A DNA stretch of 64,000 nucleotides from Escherichia coli (GCF_003334785.1 NZ_QOWV01000012.1), one strand, 5' to 3'. Shown: positions 34,885 through 46,269, numbered from the stretch's first letter. Translations and numbers: made by a program. Notes: a model not told the origin generated them from the letters alone.

Positions 34885-36351
34885 TCAGACTCCCCATTTC
34901 GGAATTGGATGGTCGCCCATGGAAATGCAGACGTTCTTCATTTCCGCGAACACTTCGAAGCTGTACTCACCGCCTTCACGCCCGGTGCCGGAGGCTTTTA
35001 CGCCGCCAAATGGCTGGCGCAGGTCACGCACGTTCTGGGTGTTGACGAACACCATGCCAGCTTCAATGCCACGCGCCAGGCGTAACACTTTGCTGACATC
35101 CTGTGTCCAGATGTACGACGCGAGGCCGTACTCCACGTCGTTTGCCAGACGTAAGCCTTCGGCTTCGTCTTTAAACGGCAGCAGGCAGGCGACCGGCCCG
35201 AAAATCTCTTCCTGGGCAACGCGCATACGGTTATCTACGTCCGCCAGCACCGTTGGGCGCAGGAAGTTGCCGCCTTTCAGGTGTGCAGGCAGGTCAGACG
35301 GTTTATCCGGGCCGCCCGCCAGCAGGGTTGCGCCTTCTTCAATGCCGAGACGGATATAGCCGGAGACTTTATCCCAGTGTTGCTGGCTGATAAGCGCCCC
35401 AACCTGGGTATTCGGATCGTTCGGATCGCCCACGCGCAGACGGTTGGCGCGTTCGGCAAAGCGTTTAACGAATTCCGGGTAGATGCTTTGCTGAATAAAG
35501 ATGCGCGAACCGGCGGTGCAGCGCTCGCCGTTGATCGAGAAGATGGTGAACAGGGCGGCGTCCAGCGCGCGTTCAATATCGGCATCTTCAAAAATCAGCA
35601 CCGGCGATTTACCGCCCAGTTCCATGGAGTATTTTTTCAGCCCGGCGTTTTTCATGATGTTGCGCCCGGTGGCCGTACCGCCGGTGAACGACACGGCACG
35701 TACGTCATGATGACGAACCAGCGCATCGCCTGCGGTTGCGCCGTAGCCCTGTACCACGTTCAGCACGCCTGCCGGAATACCGGCTTCCAGCGCCAGCTCA
35801 CCCAGGCGGTCAGCGGTCAGCGGGGAGAGTTCCGACATTTTCAGTACCGCGGTATTGCCCAGCGCCAGACACGGCGCGACCTTCCATGTGGCGGTCATAA
35901 ACGGTACGTTCCACGGCGATACCAGCGCACAAACGCCCACCGGCTGCACCAGCGTGTAGTTGAGCATCTTGTCGTCAACCGGATAGGTCTTGCCGTTCAT
36001 CTGCTGGCAGACTTCCGCGAAAAATTCAAAGTTGTGGGAAGCGCGTGGGATCAACACATTTTTGGTCTGATGGATCGGCAGGCCGGTGTCCGCGGTTTCC
36101 ATCGCGGCGATCTCTGGCACGTTCTGGTCGATCAGATCGCCCAGACGGCGCATCAGGCGCGCACGCTCTTTCATCGGCAGATTGGCCCATTTCGGGAACG
36201 CCTCTTTCGCTGCCGCTACCGCCTGATTGATCTCCGCTTCACCGCCAGAGGCCACATCCGCCAGCACTTCACCCGTTGCCGGATTGGTGGTCTGAAAGTA
36301 GTCGTTACCTGCAACATTTTTGCCGTTGATCCAATGATTTACTTTTTTCAT
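34885..36351 (-). CDS. hpaE: 5-carboxymethyl-2-hydroxymuconate semialdehyde dehydrogenase
   Basis: 488-aa NAD-dependent aldehyde dehydrogenase, MKKVNHWINGKNVAGNDYFQTTNPATGEVLADVASGG. Confidence 0.9.
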   Translation of the reverse strand: MKKVNHWINGKNVAGNDYFQTTNPATGEVLADVASGGEAEINQAVAAAKEAFPKWANLPMKERARLMRRLGDLIDQNVPEIAAMETADTGLPIHQTKNVLIPRASHNFEFFAEVCQQMNGKTYPVDDKMLNYTLVQPVGVCALVSPWNVPFMTATWKVAPCLALGNTAVLKMSELSPLTADRLGELALEAGIPAGVLNVVQGYGATAGDALVRHHDVRAVSFTGGTATGRNIMKNAGLKKYSMELGGKSPVLIFEDADIERALDAALFTIFSINGERCTAGSRIFIQQSIYPEFVKRFAERANRLRVGDPNDPNTQVGALISQQHWDKVSGYIRLGIEEGATLLAGGPDKPSDLPAHLKGGNFLRPTVLADVDNRMRVAQEEIFGPVACLLPFKDEAEGLRLANDVEYGLASYIWTQDVSKVLRLARGIEAGMVFVNTQNVRDLRQPFGGVKASGTGREGGEYSFEVFAEMKNVCISMGDHPIPKWGV

Positions 36352-37637
36352 TTCGCTGTTTCCTCACTCACAATTCGGTTCACCAGGCAGCCCACGCCTT
36401 CTACTTCCACCACTACTTCATCGCCAGGCACCACGTCAGATAAGCCTTTTGGTGTGCCGGTGGCGATCATGTCGCCCGGATTCAGGGTCATAAATTCGCT
36501 TAAGTAGGCGATCAGGAAGGGCACGCTGAAGATCAGATCGGCGGTGGTGCCTTGCTGGCGTAACTCGCCGTTGACGAAGGTGCGAAGGGTCAGATTATGC
36601 GGGTCCGGGATCGCCTCTTTCGGCACGATGGTTGAAAGCATCGGCGTCAGTCCGTCGCGGCTTTTTACCCGCAGGTTAGGGCGGTAGTAGTTTTCCAGAT
36701 AGTCGCGAATGGCGTAGTCGTTACACACGGTGTAGCCCGCGACATAATCCATGGCATCGGCTTCGCTGACGTTACGCGCCTGTTTGCCAATAACTACCAC
36801 CAGCTCCGCTTCATAGTGCATGTATTCAATATTGTTTGGACGCACGGAGGTCTGGTTATCGCCAGTGAGGGTATTTGGCGCTTTCAGGAACACCAGCGGT
36901 TCTTCCGGTGGCTTAAATTCCAGTTCGCTGGCGTGGTCGGCGTAGTTCAGGCCGAGGGCAAACAGCGTGCCGTGCGGGTGTGGCTGCGTTGGGAAGCTCT
37001 TGCGCGTGGTCACTTCACGTTCGTCCACTACCGGATTTTCCAGCGGCGGGAAACCTTCTGCGAGAACACGAACGCGATCGCCTGGCTGTATTTCCACGCG
37101 CGCCTGTGGCGTGCCGAGCAGAATGGCATCGCCTGGATTCAGTGTGGCAAATTCGCTCAGGGCGCTCAGCAACTGCGCGGCGTTACGTTGTAAATCGGCG
37201 GTATTCCAGTGATCGGCAGGACGCCCGTTGATCTCGGTATAGATGGTCAGATTATCGACATTGCTGAGAGCCACGGTTTCGCCAATGGGGCAGAATCCAT
37301 CACGACATTTTGCTTTGATTGCCGGGCGGTAAAAGCTCTCTTCCGGCAGGCTGACGTCGTTAGCCAGCGCATATCCGGCGATGTACTCTGCCGCATCTTC
37401 TTCACGTACTTTCGTCGCCGTTTTTCCCACAATCAGCGCAACAGTCGCACCGCTCAGTACCTTTTCACCCTGTGGAAAGGGAATCGGTTCACCGCAACCA
37501 ATCACCGTATTGCGCGGTTTAATAAACCAGACCGCAGTTTTAGGCGGGGCTTTGTAGGGGGATTGCTGGAACGCTTCCTGCCATGCATCAAGTTGGCTGC
37601 GATGGTTCAACGCTACGGCGAAGATAGTGCCTTTCAT
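36348..37637 (-). CDS. hpaG: Bifunctional 2-hydroxyhepta-2,4-diene-1,7-dioate isomerase / 5-carboxymethyl-2-oxo-hex-3-ene-1,7-dioate decarboxylase
   Basis: ORF 36348-37643; ATG at 37637 (GAGGAG Shine-Dalgarno upstream) gives 429 aa; duplicated FAH-family domains. Confidence 0.85.
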   Translation of the reverse strand: MKGTIFAVALNHRSQLDAWQEAFQQSPYKAPPKTAVWFIKPRNTVIGCGEPIPFPQGEKVLSGATVALIVGKTATKVREEDAAEYIAGYALANDVSLPEESFYRPAIKAKCRDGFCPIGETVALSNVDNLTIYTEINGRPADHWNTADLQRNAAQLLSALSEFATLNPGDAILLGTPQARVEIQPGDRVRVLAEGFPPLENPVVDEREVTTRKSFPTQPHPHGTLFALGLNYADHASELEFKPPEEPLVFLKAPNTLTGDNQTSVRPNNIEYMHYEAELVVVIGKQARNVSEADAMDYVAGYTVCNDYAIRDYLENYYRPNLRVKSRDGLTPMLSTIVPKEAIPDPHNLTLRTFVNGELRQQGTTADLIFSVPFLIAYLSEFMTLNPGDMIATGTPKGLSDVVPGDEVVVEVEGVGCLVNRIVSEETAK

Positions 37638-37662
37638 TACCACTCCTCGGATTCGATCATCT

Positions 37663-37686
37663 TAATCATTAATATGTTAATGATTA
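37663..37686. promoter_or_regulatory. Perfect 10-bp inverted repeat (TAATCATTAA-tatg-TTAATGATTA), candidate HpaR operator in the hpaG promoter
   Basis: Palindrome seen directly, 26-49 nt upstream of the hpaG start in the hpaG-hpaR divergent region; HpaR is known to repress this promoter through palindromic operators. Confidence 0.4.
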
Positions 37687-37908
37687 CTTTTATTCCCGAT
37701 TGCGTAGTTTGGCAAAAGTAAGTGATGTAAATGTGATCTAATTAACAAACTATTTACATTTAAAGATAATAAAATATTAAATATCATTAAGTTAATAAAA
37801 TATCATCAATTTTGATAAAATCAGGAATTGCAGGGACAGCGCAGTCCCGGTAACGTGACGATTAACTGTTTCTATATTAATAATTTTGAATTTTTCAGGG
37901 GAAAGATA

Positions 37909-38355
37909 ATGCACGACTCTCTAACCATTGCGTTGCTCCAGGCGCGAGAAGCGGCGATGAGTTATTTTCGCCCAATCGTTAAACGGCATAATTTGACTGA
38001 GCAACAGTGGCGCATCGTGCGTATTCTGGCGGAAAGCCCATCAATGGATTTTCACGATCTGGCGTATCGTGCCTGCATTTTGCGCCCAAGCCTGACCGGG
38101 ATCCTTACGCGGATGGAACGCGACGGTTTAGTGTTGCGATTAAAGCCGATCAATGATCAGCGGAAGCTCTATATCTCGCTGACCAAAGAGGGGCAGGCGC
38201 TGTATAACCGCGCTCAGACACAGATTGAAGAAGCCTATCGGCAGATTGAAGCTCAGTTTACTGCCGAGAAAATGCAACTGTTAACCCATCTGTTAGAGGA
38301 ATTTATTGCTCTGGGCAATTCCCGACAAGAAGACATCCCGGGCGATAATGAATAA
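37909..38355 (+). CDS. hpaR: MarR-family repressor of the hpa meta-cleavage operon
   Basis: ORF 37828-38355; ATG at 37909 gives 148 aa starting MHDSLTIALLQAREAAMSYFRPIVKRHNLTEQQWRIVRILAESPSMDFHDLA (MarR winged helix). Confidence 0.85.
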   Translation: MHDSLTIALLQAREAAMSYFRPIVKRHNLTEQQWRIVRILAESPSMDFHDLAYRACILRPSLTGILTRMERDGLVLRLKPINDQRKLYISLTKEGQALYNRAQTQIEEAYRQIEAQFTAEKMQLLTHLLEEFIALGNSRQEDIPGDNE

Positions 38356-38473
38356 CTTTTTAGTATCTGATAACCAGCCCCTGGTTTTTCCATGGATGGC
38401 GGGTTACACCTTTTCATAAAGTTTTTGCTTTCCAGGCCGAAAATCTTGCATCGGTCCACAGGAAAGAGAAACC

Positions 38474-40138
38474 ATGTTAAAACGTATCAAGATCGTGACC
38501 AGCTTACTGCTGGTTTTGGCCGTTTTTGGCCTTTTACAACTGACATCAGGCGGTCTGTTCTTTAATGCCTTAAAGAATGACAAAGAAAATTTCACTGTTT
38601 TACAAACCATTCGCCAGCAGCAATCCACGCTGAATGGCAGCTGGGTCGCGTTGTTGCAGACGCGTAACACCCTCAACCGCGCGGGTATCCGCTACATGAT
38701 GGATCAGAATAATATTGGTAGCGGTTCAACCGTTGCTGAGCTGATGCAGAGTGCCAGTATTTCGCTGAAACAGGCGGAAAAAAACTGGGCGGATTACGAA
38801 GCGTTGCCGCGTGACCCGCGTCAGAGCACCGCCGCAGCGGCAGAGATCAAACGTAATTACGATATTTATCACAATGCGCTGGCGGAGCTGATCCAACTGT
38901 TAGGTGCAGGCAAAATCAACGAGTTCTTTGATCAGCCGACTCAGGGATATCAGGACGGTTTCGAGAAGCAGTATGTGGCTTACATGGAACAAAACGATCG
39001 GCTCCATGATATCGCCGTCAGCGATAACAATGCCTCCTACAGCCAGGCGATGTGGATTCTGGTGGGCGTGATGATCGTCGTACTGGCGGTCATCTTCGCC
39101 GTCTGGTTCGGTATTAAAGCCTCGCTGGTAGCGCCAATGAATCGCCTGATTGACAGCATTCGTCATATTGCAGGCGGCGATCTGGTGAAACCGATTGAGG
39201 TGGATGGCTCTAATGAGATGGGGCAACTGGCAGAGAGTTTGCGCCATATGCAGGGAGAGCTGATGCGTACCGTCGGTGATGTGCGCAACGGGGCCAATGC
39301 CATCTATAGCGGTGCCAGCGAAATCGCTACCGGCAATAACGATCTCTCTTCGCGCACCGAGCAACAGGCTGCTTCGCTGGAAGAGACGGCAGCCAGCATG
39401 GAGCAACTGACCGCAACGGTGAAACAGAACGCCGAGAATGCGCGCCAGGCCAGCCACCTGGCGTTAAGTGCTTCTGAAACGGCGCAACGCGGCGGCAAAG
39501 TGGTAGATAACGTGGTGCAGACTATGCGTGATATCTCCACCAGTTCGCAGAAAATCGCCGATATTATCAGCGTAATTGACGGCATTGCCTTCCAGACCAA
39601 TATTCTGGCTTTGAACGCGGCGGTTGAAGCAGCGCGTGCGGGTGAGCAAGGACGTGGTTTTGCGGTGGTTGCGGGAGAAGTGCGTAATCTGGCCCAGCGT
39701 AGCGCCCAGGCGGCTCGTGAAATTAAAAGCCTGATTGAAGACTCGGTGGGGAAAGTGGATGTTGGCTCTACGCTGGTCGAAAGCGCCGGGGAAACAATGG
39801 CGGAGATTGTCAGTGCTGTGACCCGCGTGACGGACATTATGGGCGAAATTGCTTCTGCTTCTGATGAGCAGAGCCGTGGTATCGATCAGGTTGGCTTAGC
39901 GGTTGCTGAGATGGACCGGGTAACTCAACAGAACGCCGCGCTGGTGGAAGAATCTGCCGCCGCCGCCGCCGCGCTGGAAGAGCAGGCCAGTCGCCTGACC
40001 GAAGCAGTGGCAGTGTTCCGGATTCAGCAACAGCAGCAACAGCAGCGTGAAACATCGGCTGTGGTAAAAAACGTGACGCCAGCTACGCCGCGTAAAATGG
40101 CAGTGGCAGATAGCGGGGAGAACTGGGAAACGTTTTAA
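38474..40138 (+). CDS. tsr: Methyl-accepting chemotaxis protein I (serine chemoreceptor)
   Basis: 554 aa, [57 protein letters not shown] ... C-terminal NWETF pentapeptide. Confidence 0.95.
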   Translation: MLKRIKIVTSLLLVLAVFGLLQLTSGGLFFNALKNDKENFTVLQTIRQQQSTLNGSWVALLQTRNTLNRAGIRYMMDQNNIGSGSTVAELMQSASISLKQAEKNWADYEALPRDPRQSTAAAAEIKRNYDIYHNALAELIQLLGAGKINEFFDQPTQGYQDGFEKQYVAYMEQNDRLHDIAVSDNNASYSQAMWILVGVMIVVLAVIFAVWFGIKASLVAPMNRLIDSIRHIAGGDLVKPIEVDGSNEMGQLAESLRHMQGELMRTVGDVRNGANAIYSGASEIATGNNDLSSRTEQQAASLEETAASMEQLTATVKQNAENARQASHLALSASETAQRGGKVVDNVVQTMRDISTSSQKIADIISVIDGIAFQTNILALNAAVEAARAGEQGRGFAVVAGEVRNLAQRSAQAAREIKSLIEDSVGKVDVGSTLVESAGETMAEIVSAVTRVTDIMGEIASASDEQSRGIDQVGLAVAEMDRVTQQNAALVEESAAAAAALEEQASRLTEAVAVFRIQQQQQQQRETSAVVKNVTPATPRKMAVADSGENWETF

Positions 40139-40144
40139 TCGCCA

Positions 40145-40177
40145 TAAAAATGCCCGATAAGCAAAATGTTATCGGGC
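40145..40177. terminator. Hairpin between convergent tsr and yjjL, probable bidirectional terminator
   Basis: gcccgataa-gcaaaatg-ttatcgggc 9-bp stem flanked by A/T runs. Confidence 0.5.
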
Positions 40178-40186
40178 ATAGGGAGT

Positions 40187-41548
40187 TTAATCTTTACGCG
40201 GGTCGTTGATCGGCTGACGAACCAGGAAGATGTACGCCAGTGCTCCCGCTGCGGTGACGCAACCGCAGATGATTAGTGCCAGACGGAATGAGTGGGTGGT
40301 ATCAACAATAAAACCAGTAATGATCGGCGCAAAAGAGGCGCAGATGAAGCTGGCAAAGTTCTGGATACTGCCCACCGACGCCGTCATGCGAGAAGCAACT
40401 GCGACGTGGATCAAGCCCCAGCAGGATGTTCCGGCAAAGTGAATACAGAACAGTGCCATGCCAATCAGCAGAACCGCCGTCATGGATGTTGTCGCTTGCG
40501 GTACGACCAGCGTAAAGGCGGCAGAACAGAACATCCCGGCAATAATGCAGATCTTACGGCTTTTAATCGGAGCCATTCCCCCTTTGACCAGCCAGTCAGT
40601 AACGTAACCGTTGACCAGCATCCCGGCAGCCCCAAACAGGAAAGGGATAGCCGCCATCAACCCTGTGCTTTTTAAATCCAGGTTATAGGCTGTTTGCAGG
40701 TAACCAGGAAGCCAGGCCAGATACAGCCACGCAGTGTAGTTGATGCCACTGAATCCGAGCATCATTCCCCACATTGTGCGGTTACGGAACAGGCTGCGCC
40801 ATTCGGCAAAACTGAGCGGATCTCGGCGGGCATTGACGCTACCTGCATTGAGATAAGCTTGTTCAACGGCAGTCAGTTCTACGTGCTCGCGGTTGCGATA
40901 GAGCATATACCAGCCAATGGCGAGAAAAATCCCCAGCACACCAATGGTAATAAACATCCCACGCCAGCCCATCACCAGCATCATCGCCGCCAGAATCGGT
41001 GGGCTTACGGCAACGCCAATGGTAGAAGCTGCGTTGAAGAAGCCCATCGGGCGTCCGCGCTCTTTGATGTTGAACCAGTCGTTAATGACTTTTACGCCAC
41101 ATGGGTTCATCGGCGCTTCACCAATCCCCATACCGATACGCACCAACACGAACTGCGTAAAGCTGTGCACCATGCCAGACATGGCCTGGAACAGTGACCA
41201 GAAGAACATCCCCAGTCCCAGCATCAGGCGTGGGCCTTTACGATCCAATAGTGGGCCGCAAGGAAGTTGCGCAATCCCGTAAGCGAGTGAAAACACGGAG
41301 AGCAAAGCGCCGATTTCGGTGGCACTTAATCCCAATTCTTCACGAATCGTTAAATTTGCTACCGACAGCGAACTGCGGTCGAGATAATTGATTACCGCCG
41401 CAAAAAATAATAACAACATGGCGGTGGTTTGAATGCGTTTAATTCGGGTACTGCGTTGAACTAATCCATCTGGTGGCACGGGAATATCTGCCGACGAAGA
41501 TGGAGTAAATGAAGAACGCGGATCGAGGGTGATATTTTCTTTTTCCAC
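40187..41548 (-). CDS. yjjL: MFS transporter YjjL (L-galactonate transporter LgoT)
   Basis: 453-aa polytopic MFS protein; synteny with yjjM/yjjN. Confidence 0.85.
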   Translation of the reverse strand: MEKENITLDPRSSFTPSSSADIPVPPDGLVQRSTRIKRIQTTAMLLLFFAAVINYLDRSSLSVANLTIREELGLSATEIGALLSVFSLAYGIAQLPCGPLLDRKGPRLMLGLGMFFWSLFQAMSGMVHSFTQFVLVRIGMGIGEAPMNPCGVKVINDWFNIKERGRPMGFFNAASTIGVAVSPPILAAMMLVMGWRGMFITIGVLGIFLAIGWYMLYRNREHVELTAVEQAYLNAGSVNARRDPLSFAEWRSLFRNRTMWGMMLGFSGINYTAWLYLAWLPGYLQTAYNLDLKSTGLMAAIPFLFGAAGMLVNGYVTDWLVKGGMAPIKSRKICIIAGMFCSAAFTLVVPQATTSMTAVLLIGMALFCIHFAGTSCWGLIHVAVASRMTASVGSIQNFASFICASFAPIITGFIVDTTHSFRLALIICGCVTAAGALAYIFLVRQPINDPRKD

Positions 41549-41762
41549 GCCGGACTCCTGTATTTATAATTTTAATTGTTTACGTAATTGTGCATTACGC
41601 AAGGTTGACATTAACGGCAGGTTAAAGTTTTAGGACTTTACTACCGCTCACAAAAACATTTTTAGTCGACTGATTGTGAGCATAGGTAAGCGGGAATTTC
41701 CCGGTATTTATCTTTTGATAAAACCGTGCACCCGCTAATAGTTTGCTGTTTTTAATCCGTAC

Positions 41763-42677
41763 TTAATGAGCATAACGCGTGTTCTCATTAATGGATCGAA
41801 TCATTGATTGTTTAGCTGAATTCAAATGGTTACGGAGCGCAAGGGTGGCATCAAGGTCACTGCGGCAAATCAGAGCGCTGAGAATGGTCATATGCTCATC
41901 GACGGCAATGATATTGCGCTGTTTAAGATCGCTTTCGTCCCATTGATAGTGAAAATGAAAGATGACTGAGATGATCTCAAGAGATTGATCAAAAAAGATA
42001 TTGTCGGCAGCTGAAAGCAGTAAGGAGTGAAAATCTCTGTCAAGTTGCGAGAACATGCGAAAGCTATTGCCGATGTTGTCACGCAGTAGCCGATGACGTT
42101 CGAGCATGGTTTTCGCCTGCAGCCAGCGGGGATCATGATCAGGCAGGTTGAGAAAGTGCTGAAGTGAATGTGTTTCGAGCATTTCGCGTAGTTCAAACAG
42201 CTGCTCGGCGTAGGATTGATCGAATTGCTTCATGCTCCACTGGCCGCGCTTTTCGCTTTGAATAAGATTATAACGGCCGAATTTTAAAAGATATTCTCTT
42301 ACTACAACCGGGCTGACACCCGCGGCCCGAGCCAGTTGCAGTTCAGAAAAAGTTTCCCCAGGGCGTAACTGGCGCTGGTTTATCATCGTGAAAAAAGCCT
42401 GCTCAAACACTTTGTTTTGTTCACTCATTGAAGCGGTAGTACAGGCGAAACCGTCATCATGGTCAGGTTTACGCGCAATCACATAGTCGTTTCCAACCTG
42501 CGTTAAGACGCCGCATTCGCGTAAGTGGCTGAGAATATGACGCACTGTAGTGCGGCTGATGTTGTACATTTCCGCCAGCGCACTTTGCGATGGAAGTGGG
42601 GAAGGGATATGACCCCGCGCCATATCATCAATGACCTGGTTAATCACATTGTGGCGTAAATTTTGTGAACGACTCAT
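41763..42677 (-). CDS. yjjM: GntR/FadR-type regulator YjjM (LgoR)
   Basis: 304 aa with N-terminal HTH (MYNISRTTVRHILSHLRECG). Confidence 0.85.
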   Translation of the reverse strand: MSRSQNLRHNVINQVIDDMARGHIPSPLPSQSALAEMYNISRTTVRHILSHLRECGVLTQVGNDYVIARKPDHDDGFACTTASMSEQNKVFEQAFFTMINQRQLRPGETFSELQLARAAGVSPVVVREYLLKFGRYNLIQSEKRGQWSMKQFDQSYAEQLFELREMLETHSLQHFLNLPDHDPRWLQAKTMLERHRLLRDNIGNSFRMFSQLDRDFHSLLLSAADNIFFDQSLEIISVIFHFHYQWDESDLKQRNIIAVDEHMTILSALICRSDLDATLALRNHLNSAKQSMIRSINENTRYAH

Positions 42678-42815
42678 ATTTTCCTCCTTGTGAGTCCATT
42701 AAAACCCGATTTAAAACATTTTTATGCGTGTGTTTTCACAAAACAGATTTTCCGTTCCGCTGCCATTTTTCATTTTCATTGATATCTAAGGCAACAAAAA
42801 ATGGAGAGCCGAATC

Positions 42816-43838
42816 ATGTCTACGATGAATGTTTTAATTTGCCAGCAGCCGAAAGAATTAGTCTGGAAACAACGCGAGATACCTATTCCGGGTGACAATG
42901 AAGCATTAATAAAAATTAAGTCTGTCGGGATTTGCGGTACCGATATTCATGCCTGGGGTGGAAATCAACCATTTTTTAGTTATCCACGTGTTTTAGGCCA
43001 TGAAATATGTGGGGAGATTGTTGGGCTGGGTAAAAATATTGCTGATCTTAAAAATGGTCAGCAAGTTGCTGTGATCCCTTATGTTGCCTGTCAGCAATGC
43101 CCGGCGTGTAAAAGCGGGCGTACCAATTGCTGTGAAAAAATTTCAGTCATTGGCGTGCATCAGGATGGCGGTTTTAGTGAGTATTTGAGCGTGCCGGTGG
43201 CGAACATTTTGCCCGCAGACGGTATTGACCCGCAGGCGGCCGCATTGATTGAACCTTTCGCTATTAGCGCTCATGCGGTGCGTCGCGCAGCCATTGCTCC
43301 CGGCGAGCAGGTGCTGGTGGTCGGGGCGGGGCCAATCGGTCTGGGCGCGGCGGCAATCGCTAAAGCTGATGGCGCACAGGTGGTGGTGGCGGATACCAGT
43401 CCAGCGCGCCGTGAACATGTGGCAACGCGTCTGGAGTTGCCCGTGCTGGACCCGTCAGCCGAAGATTTTGACGCGCAGCTGCGGGCGCAGTTTGGTGGTT
43501 CGCTGGCGCAGAAAGTGATCGACGCGACAGGTAATCAACATGCGATGAATAACACCGTGAATTTGATTCGTCACGGCGGCACGGTGGTATTTGTCGGCCT
43601 GTTTAAAGGTGAGTTGCAGTTCTCCGATCCGGAATTCCATAAAAAAGAAACGACGATGATGGGTAGCCGCAACGCCACGCCGGAAGATTTTGCTAAAGTC
43701 GGTCGACTGATGGCGGAAGGAAAAATCACTGCTGACATGATGTTAACCCATCGCTATCCGTTCGCCACGCTGGCAGAAACCTACGAGCGCGATGTGATTA
43801 ACAATCGTGAGTTGATTAAGGGTGTAATTACTTTCTGA
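42816..43838 (+). CDS. yjjN: Zn-dependent alcohol dehydrogenase family, L-galactonate 5-dehydrogenase YjjN (LgoD)
   Basis: ORF 42801-43838; ATG at 42816 gives 340 aa starting MSTMNVLICQQPKELVWKQREIPIP; GHE..CG Zn motif and GxGxxG Rossmann motif. Confidence 0.85.
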   Translation: MSTMNVLICQQPKELVWKQREIPIPGDNEALIKIKSVGICGTDIHAWGGNQPFFSYPRVLGHEICGEIVGLGKNIADLKNGQQVAVIPYVACQQCPACKSGRTNCCEKISVIGVHQDGGFSEYLSVPVANILPADGIDPQAAALIEPFAISAHAVRRAAIAPGEQVLVVGAGPIGLGAAAIAKADGAQVVVADTSPARREHVATRLELPVLDPSAEDFDAQLRAQFGGSLAQKVIDATGNQHAMNNTVNLIRHGGTVVFVGLFKGELQFSDPEFHKKETTMMGSRNATPEDFAKVGRLMAEGKITADMMLTHRYPFATLAETYERDVINNRELIKGVITF

Positions 43839-43865
43839 TAAGGCGAGATTATTAAAGTTGCCATG

Positions 43866-43900
43866 CAGCGTCCGGGGAAGTGTTGGGCGCTGTTTTTTTT
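43866..43900 (+). terminator. Rho-independent terminator after yjjN
   Basis: GC-rich hairpin followed by T8 (tgtttttttt at 43891-43900). Confidence 0.55.
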
Positions 43901-43977
43901 CTGTTTCTCAATGATGTTTTGTAGGCCGGAGAAGATGTGTAGGTCGCACCTTATGCGACCTACACATCAGTCAGAAA

Positions 43978-46269
43978 TTACCCTTCACGTTCCACAACTT
44001 TAATTTCCACCATGCCGATCCCGAGCTTACGCGGCGAGTGTCCGAGGATATTCCCTTCGTTGGTTGAGACAGGTTCCGGCGGCACAATTACCAGTGTGTC
44101 GGCATCGGTTGGGTTATCGAAATGCAGTGTGGTGGTGGTCACTTCATTGCCCAGCACAAGAGTTTGTTCTTCATTGCCTACGCGTACCGGAATAGGACGG
44201 CTGGCGTTATTGCCGTATGCTTTGGCGGTAATCACCAGGTCAAATTTCTTCGGCAGCGGATGCTTGTACTCGATTTTTACTTCATCGCCCAGCTGCGCGT
44301 TGGACCAGCGGCCCCACGACTCTGGACGGGAAATCCCACTAAACTGTTTCACCTCTTCTGGCGCACCGGCGACGTTGAAGATGAAACTGTCGGCTTTGTA
44401 GCGAATATCGTTATCAACAATTTTCAGCGTATCGACATTGCCTTTATAACGCGCCATGTCGATGACCGTATCTTTAAATGCCGTTTTGCCCTGCCATGTT
44501 GTTTTGTCAACATGCTGAACAATTTGCTGACCGCCAAGCTGCCCTTGCGAGACACACCAGTCGGTGGAGAGTGCCAGTTCCGGAGCCCAGAGTTGTGCCA
44601 TCTTATAGCAACGGTCAACCCAGACGAAATTGTCGCGTGGAGCGAAATCGGCCAGCTGGAAACGCAGCGGTGCTGAGTATTCGCTTTCCGGCAGCGGTTC
44701 CACGCGTTTGTCTGAAACCCGCAACAGCAGCGGCAAACGGAAATGGCTACCCGAGAAGGCAATTATGTTTTTCTGCTGGTCGATGGTGAACTCTTTCATC
44801 TCTTTAGGGAATTTCCACAGGCGGATGATATCCGGCTTCCACGCCAATGTTTTCTCTTTGATATTGAGGAAGATTTCCGACATTGACTGCCCGGATAAAC
44901 TGCTACGACCAAGTCCGAGATAGTTATCGCCACCGAGAATGTCCAGCACCGTCGCGCCGTTATCCATCGTGTTACGCTTCACTGCCAGCGTCTCTTGCTG
45001 CGGCTTGTCGCCACGAATGACAAAAAACAGGTTATTGCGATCCTGCTTATTGAGGTATTTCCACGCCGTGTTGTTCATCGCTAAATGGTCAGAAGAGACG
45101 ACGATGACGGTATCTTTAAACCACGGTGACGCTTTGATTTTGTTGATAAACGCCGCGATATTCTCCTGGCTGCAACTTACCGCGCTGAATGACTGGTTCG
45201 GCTTACCGTCAAGATCATATTTTTTGCGGTTACAGGTACGCGAGATAAAACCATCCGGGTGATGGGTATCGACTGTCAGGGTAAACAGTGAGAATCGCTG
45301 ACCTGAGCGGGAAAGCTCTTCAAACTTTTTCCACGCTTCATCGAGAACGGTATCGTCGTAGAATCCCCAGTCGTTGCGATAGTGCGGGTCGGCCACCACG
45401 CTTTTCAGCTCTTCTGAGCCGTATAAGTGGTCGAAGCCATGCGACTTCAGGAACACATCTTTACCGGCAAAACGCAGATTCGCGCCCTGCACGAAATAGT
45501 TCTGATAACCCGAGTTTTTCAGGATATCGCCCAGACAGATGTTCTGCGGGAAGAAGCTGGAGACAGAGGCGGAGGCGTTGCCTTCAAAGGGGGCAAACAG
45601 CGGTATGCCGCACTGAGAAGCCACCATGCCCGCAATCGTGTAATCCGTTCCTGGCAGCTGCTGCGTGTGGCTGAAATCCAGGCCTTCATTTTTCAACGCG
45701 CCCAGTTCAGGCGTGAGATCCGGGAAAGCTTCGTTATCAAAATAGGTCCGCTCGAGACTTTCGCCGTAGATATAAACCAGGTTGAGTTTCGGGTCAGGGA
45801 TAGTTTTCGACGGCTCTTTATAATAAGCCGCAAAGTCCGGGTCGCCATCGCGTGACTGGGATTTCACCAGTTCCGTTATCTGACGAAATGCCGGGCTGGC
45901 GTCCACCGAACCCAGCGCCAGTAAGAGCGCCAGCAGGCTGTAACCAAAATGGTGCGGATGATGGCGACGACGGCGCAGGATCCAGCCCAGCGCACCGAAC
46001 ACCGCTGTCAGCCCCAGCACAATGCCGATACCCGGCAGGATGTATTTGCTGACGCCAGCACCGGTCAGGCTGTTGGTTAAGGTATAGAGAACCGCGTCGT
46101 TAATACCAGCGCCAGTAAAATAGTCGCTGGCAAACAGGGTGATATTTAAAACGACAAATAGCCCCAGCACCGTTAATGTGGCTGCAAACCACCAGGTGTT
46201 ACGTCCCGCTTTCCATGCGTAAATCAGCACAGAGGCGAGAAAAAGGGCGAAAGAGAGTAGTTCTGACAA
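43978..46269 (-). CDS. opgB: Phosphoglycerol transferase I (osmoregulated periplasmic glucan biosynthesis)
   Basis: 763 aa, [38 protein letters not shown]..., sulfatase-like domain. Confidence 0.9.
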   Translation of the reverse strand: MSELLSFALFLASVLIYAWKAGRNTWWFAATLTVLGLFVVLNITLFASDYFTGAGINDAVLYTLTNSLTGAGVSKYILPGIGIVLGLTAVFGALGWILRRRRHHPHHFGYSLLALLLALGSVDASPAFRQITELVKSQSRDGDPDFAAYYKEPSKTIPDPKLNLVYIYGESLERTYFDNEAFPDLTPELGALKNEGLDFSHTQQLPGTDYTIAGMVASQCGIPLFAPFEGNASASVSSFFPQNICLGDILKNSGYQNYFVQGANLRFAGKDVFLKSHGFDHLYGSEELKSVVADPHYRNDWGFYDDTVLDEAWKKFEELSRSGQRFSLFTLTVDTHHPDGFISRTCNRKKYDLDGKPNQSFSAVSCSQENIAAFINKIKASPWFKDTVIVVSSDHLAMNNTAWKYLNKQDRNNLFFVIRGDKPQQETLAVKRNTMDNGATVLDILGGDNYLGLGRSSLSGQSMSEIFLNIKEKTLAWKPDIIRLWKFPKEMKEFTIDQQKNIIAFSGSHFRLPLLLRVSDKRVEPLPESEYSAPLRFQLADFAPRDNFVWVDRCYKMAQLWAPELALSTDWCVSQGQLGGQQIVQHVDKTTWQGKTAFKDTVIDMARYKGNVDTLKIVDNDIRYKADSFIFNVAGAPEEVKQFSGISRPESWGRWSNAQLGDEVKIEYKHPLPKKFDLVITAKAYGNNASRPIPVRVGNEEQTLVLGNEVTTTTLHFDNPTDADTLVIVPPEPVSTNEGNILGHSPRKLGIGMVEIKVVEREG

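Noticed and set aside
35281-36507. 408-aa plus-strand ORF
   Set aside because: Antisense to hpaE/hpaG; Arg-rich translation; the real genes are on the minus strand.
43920-43975. Perfect 12-bp-stem palindrome tgtgtaggtcgca...gcgacctacaca as a terminator for opgB
   Set aside because: No U-run follows on the minus strand; more likely a REP-like element.
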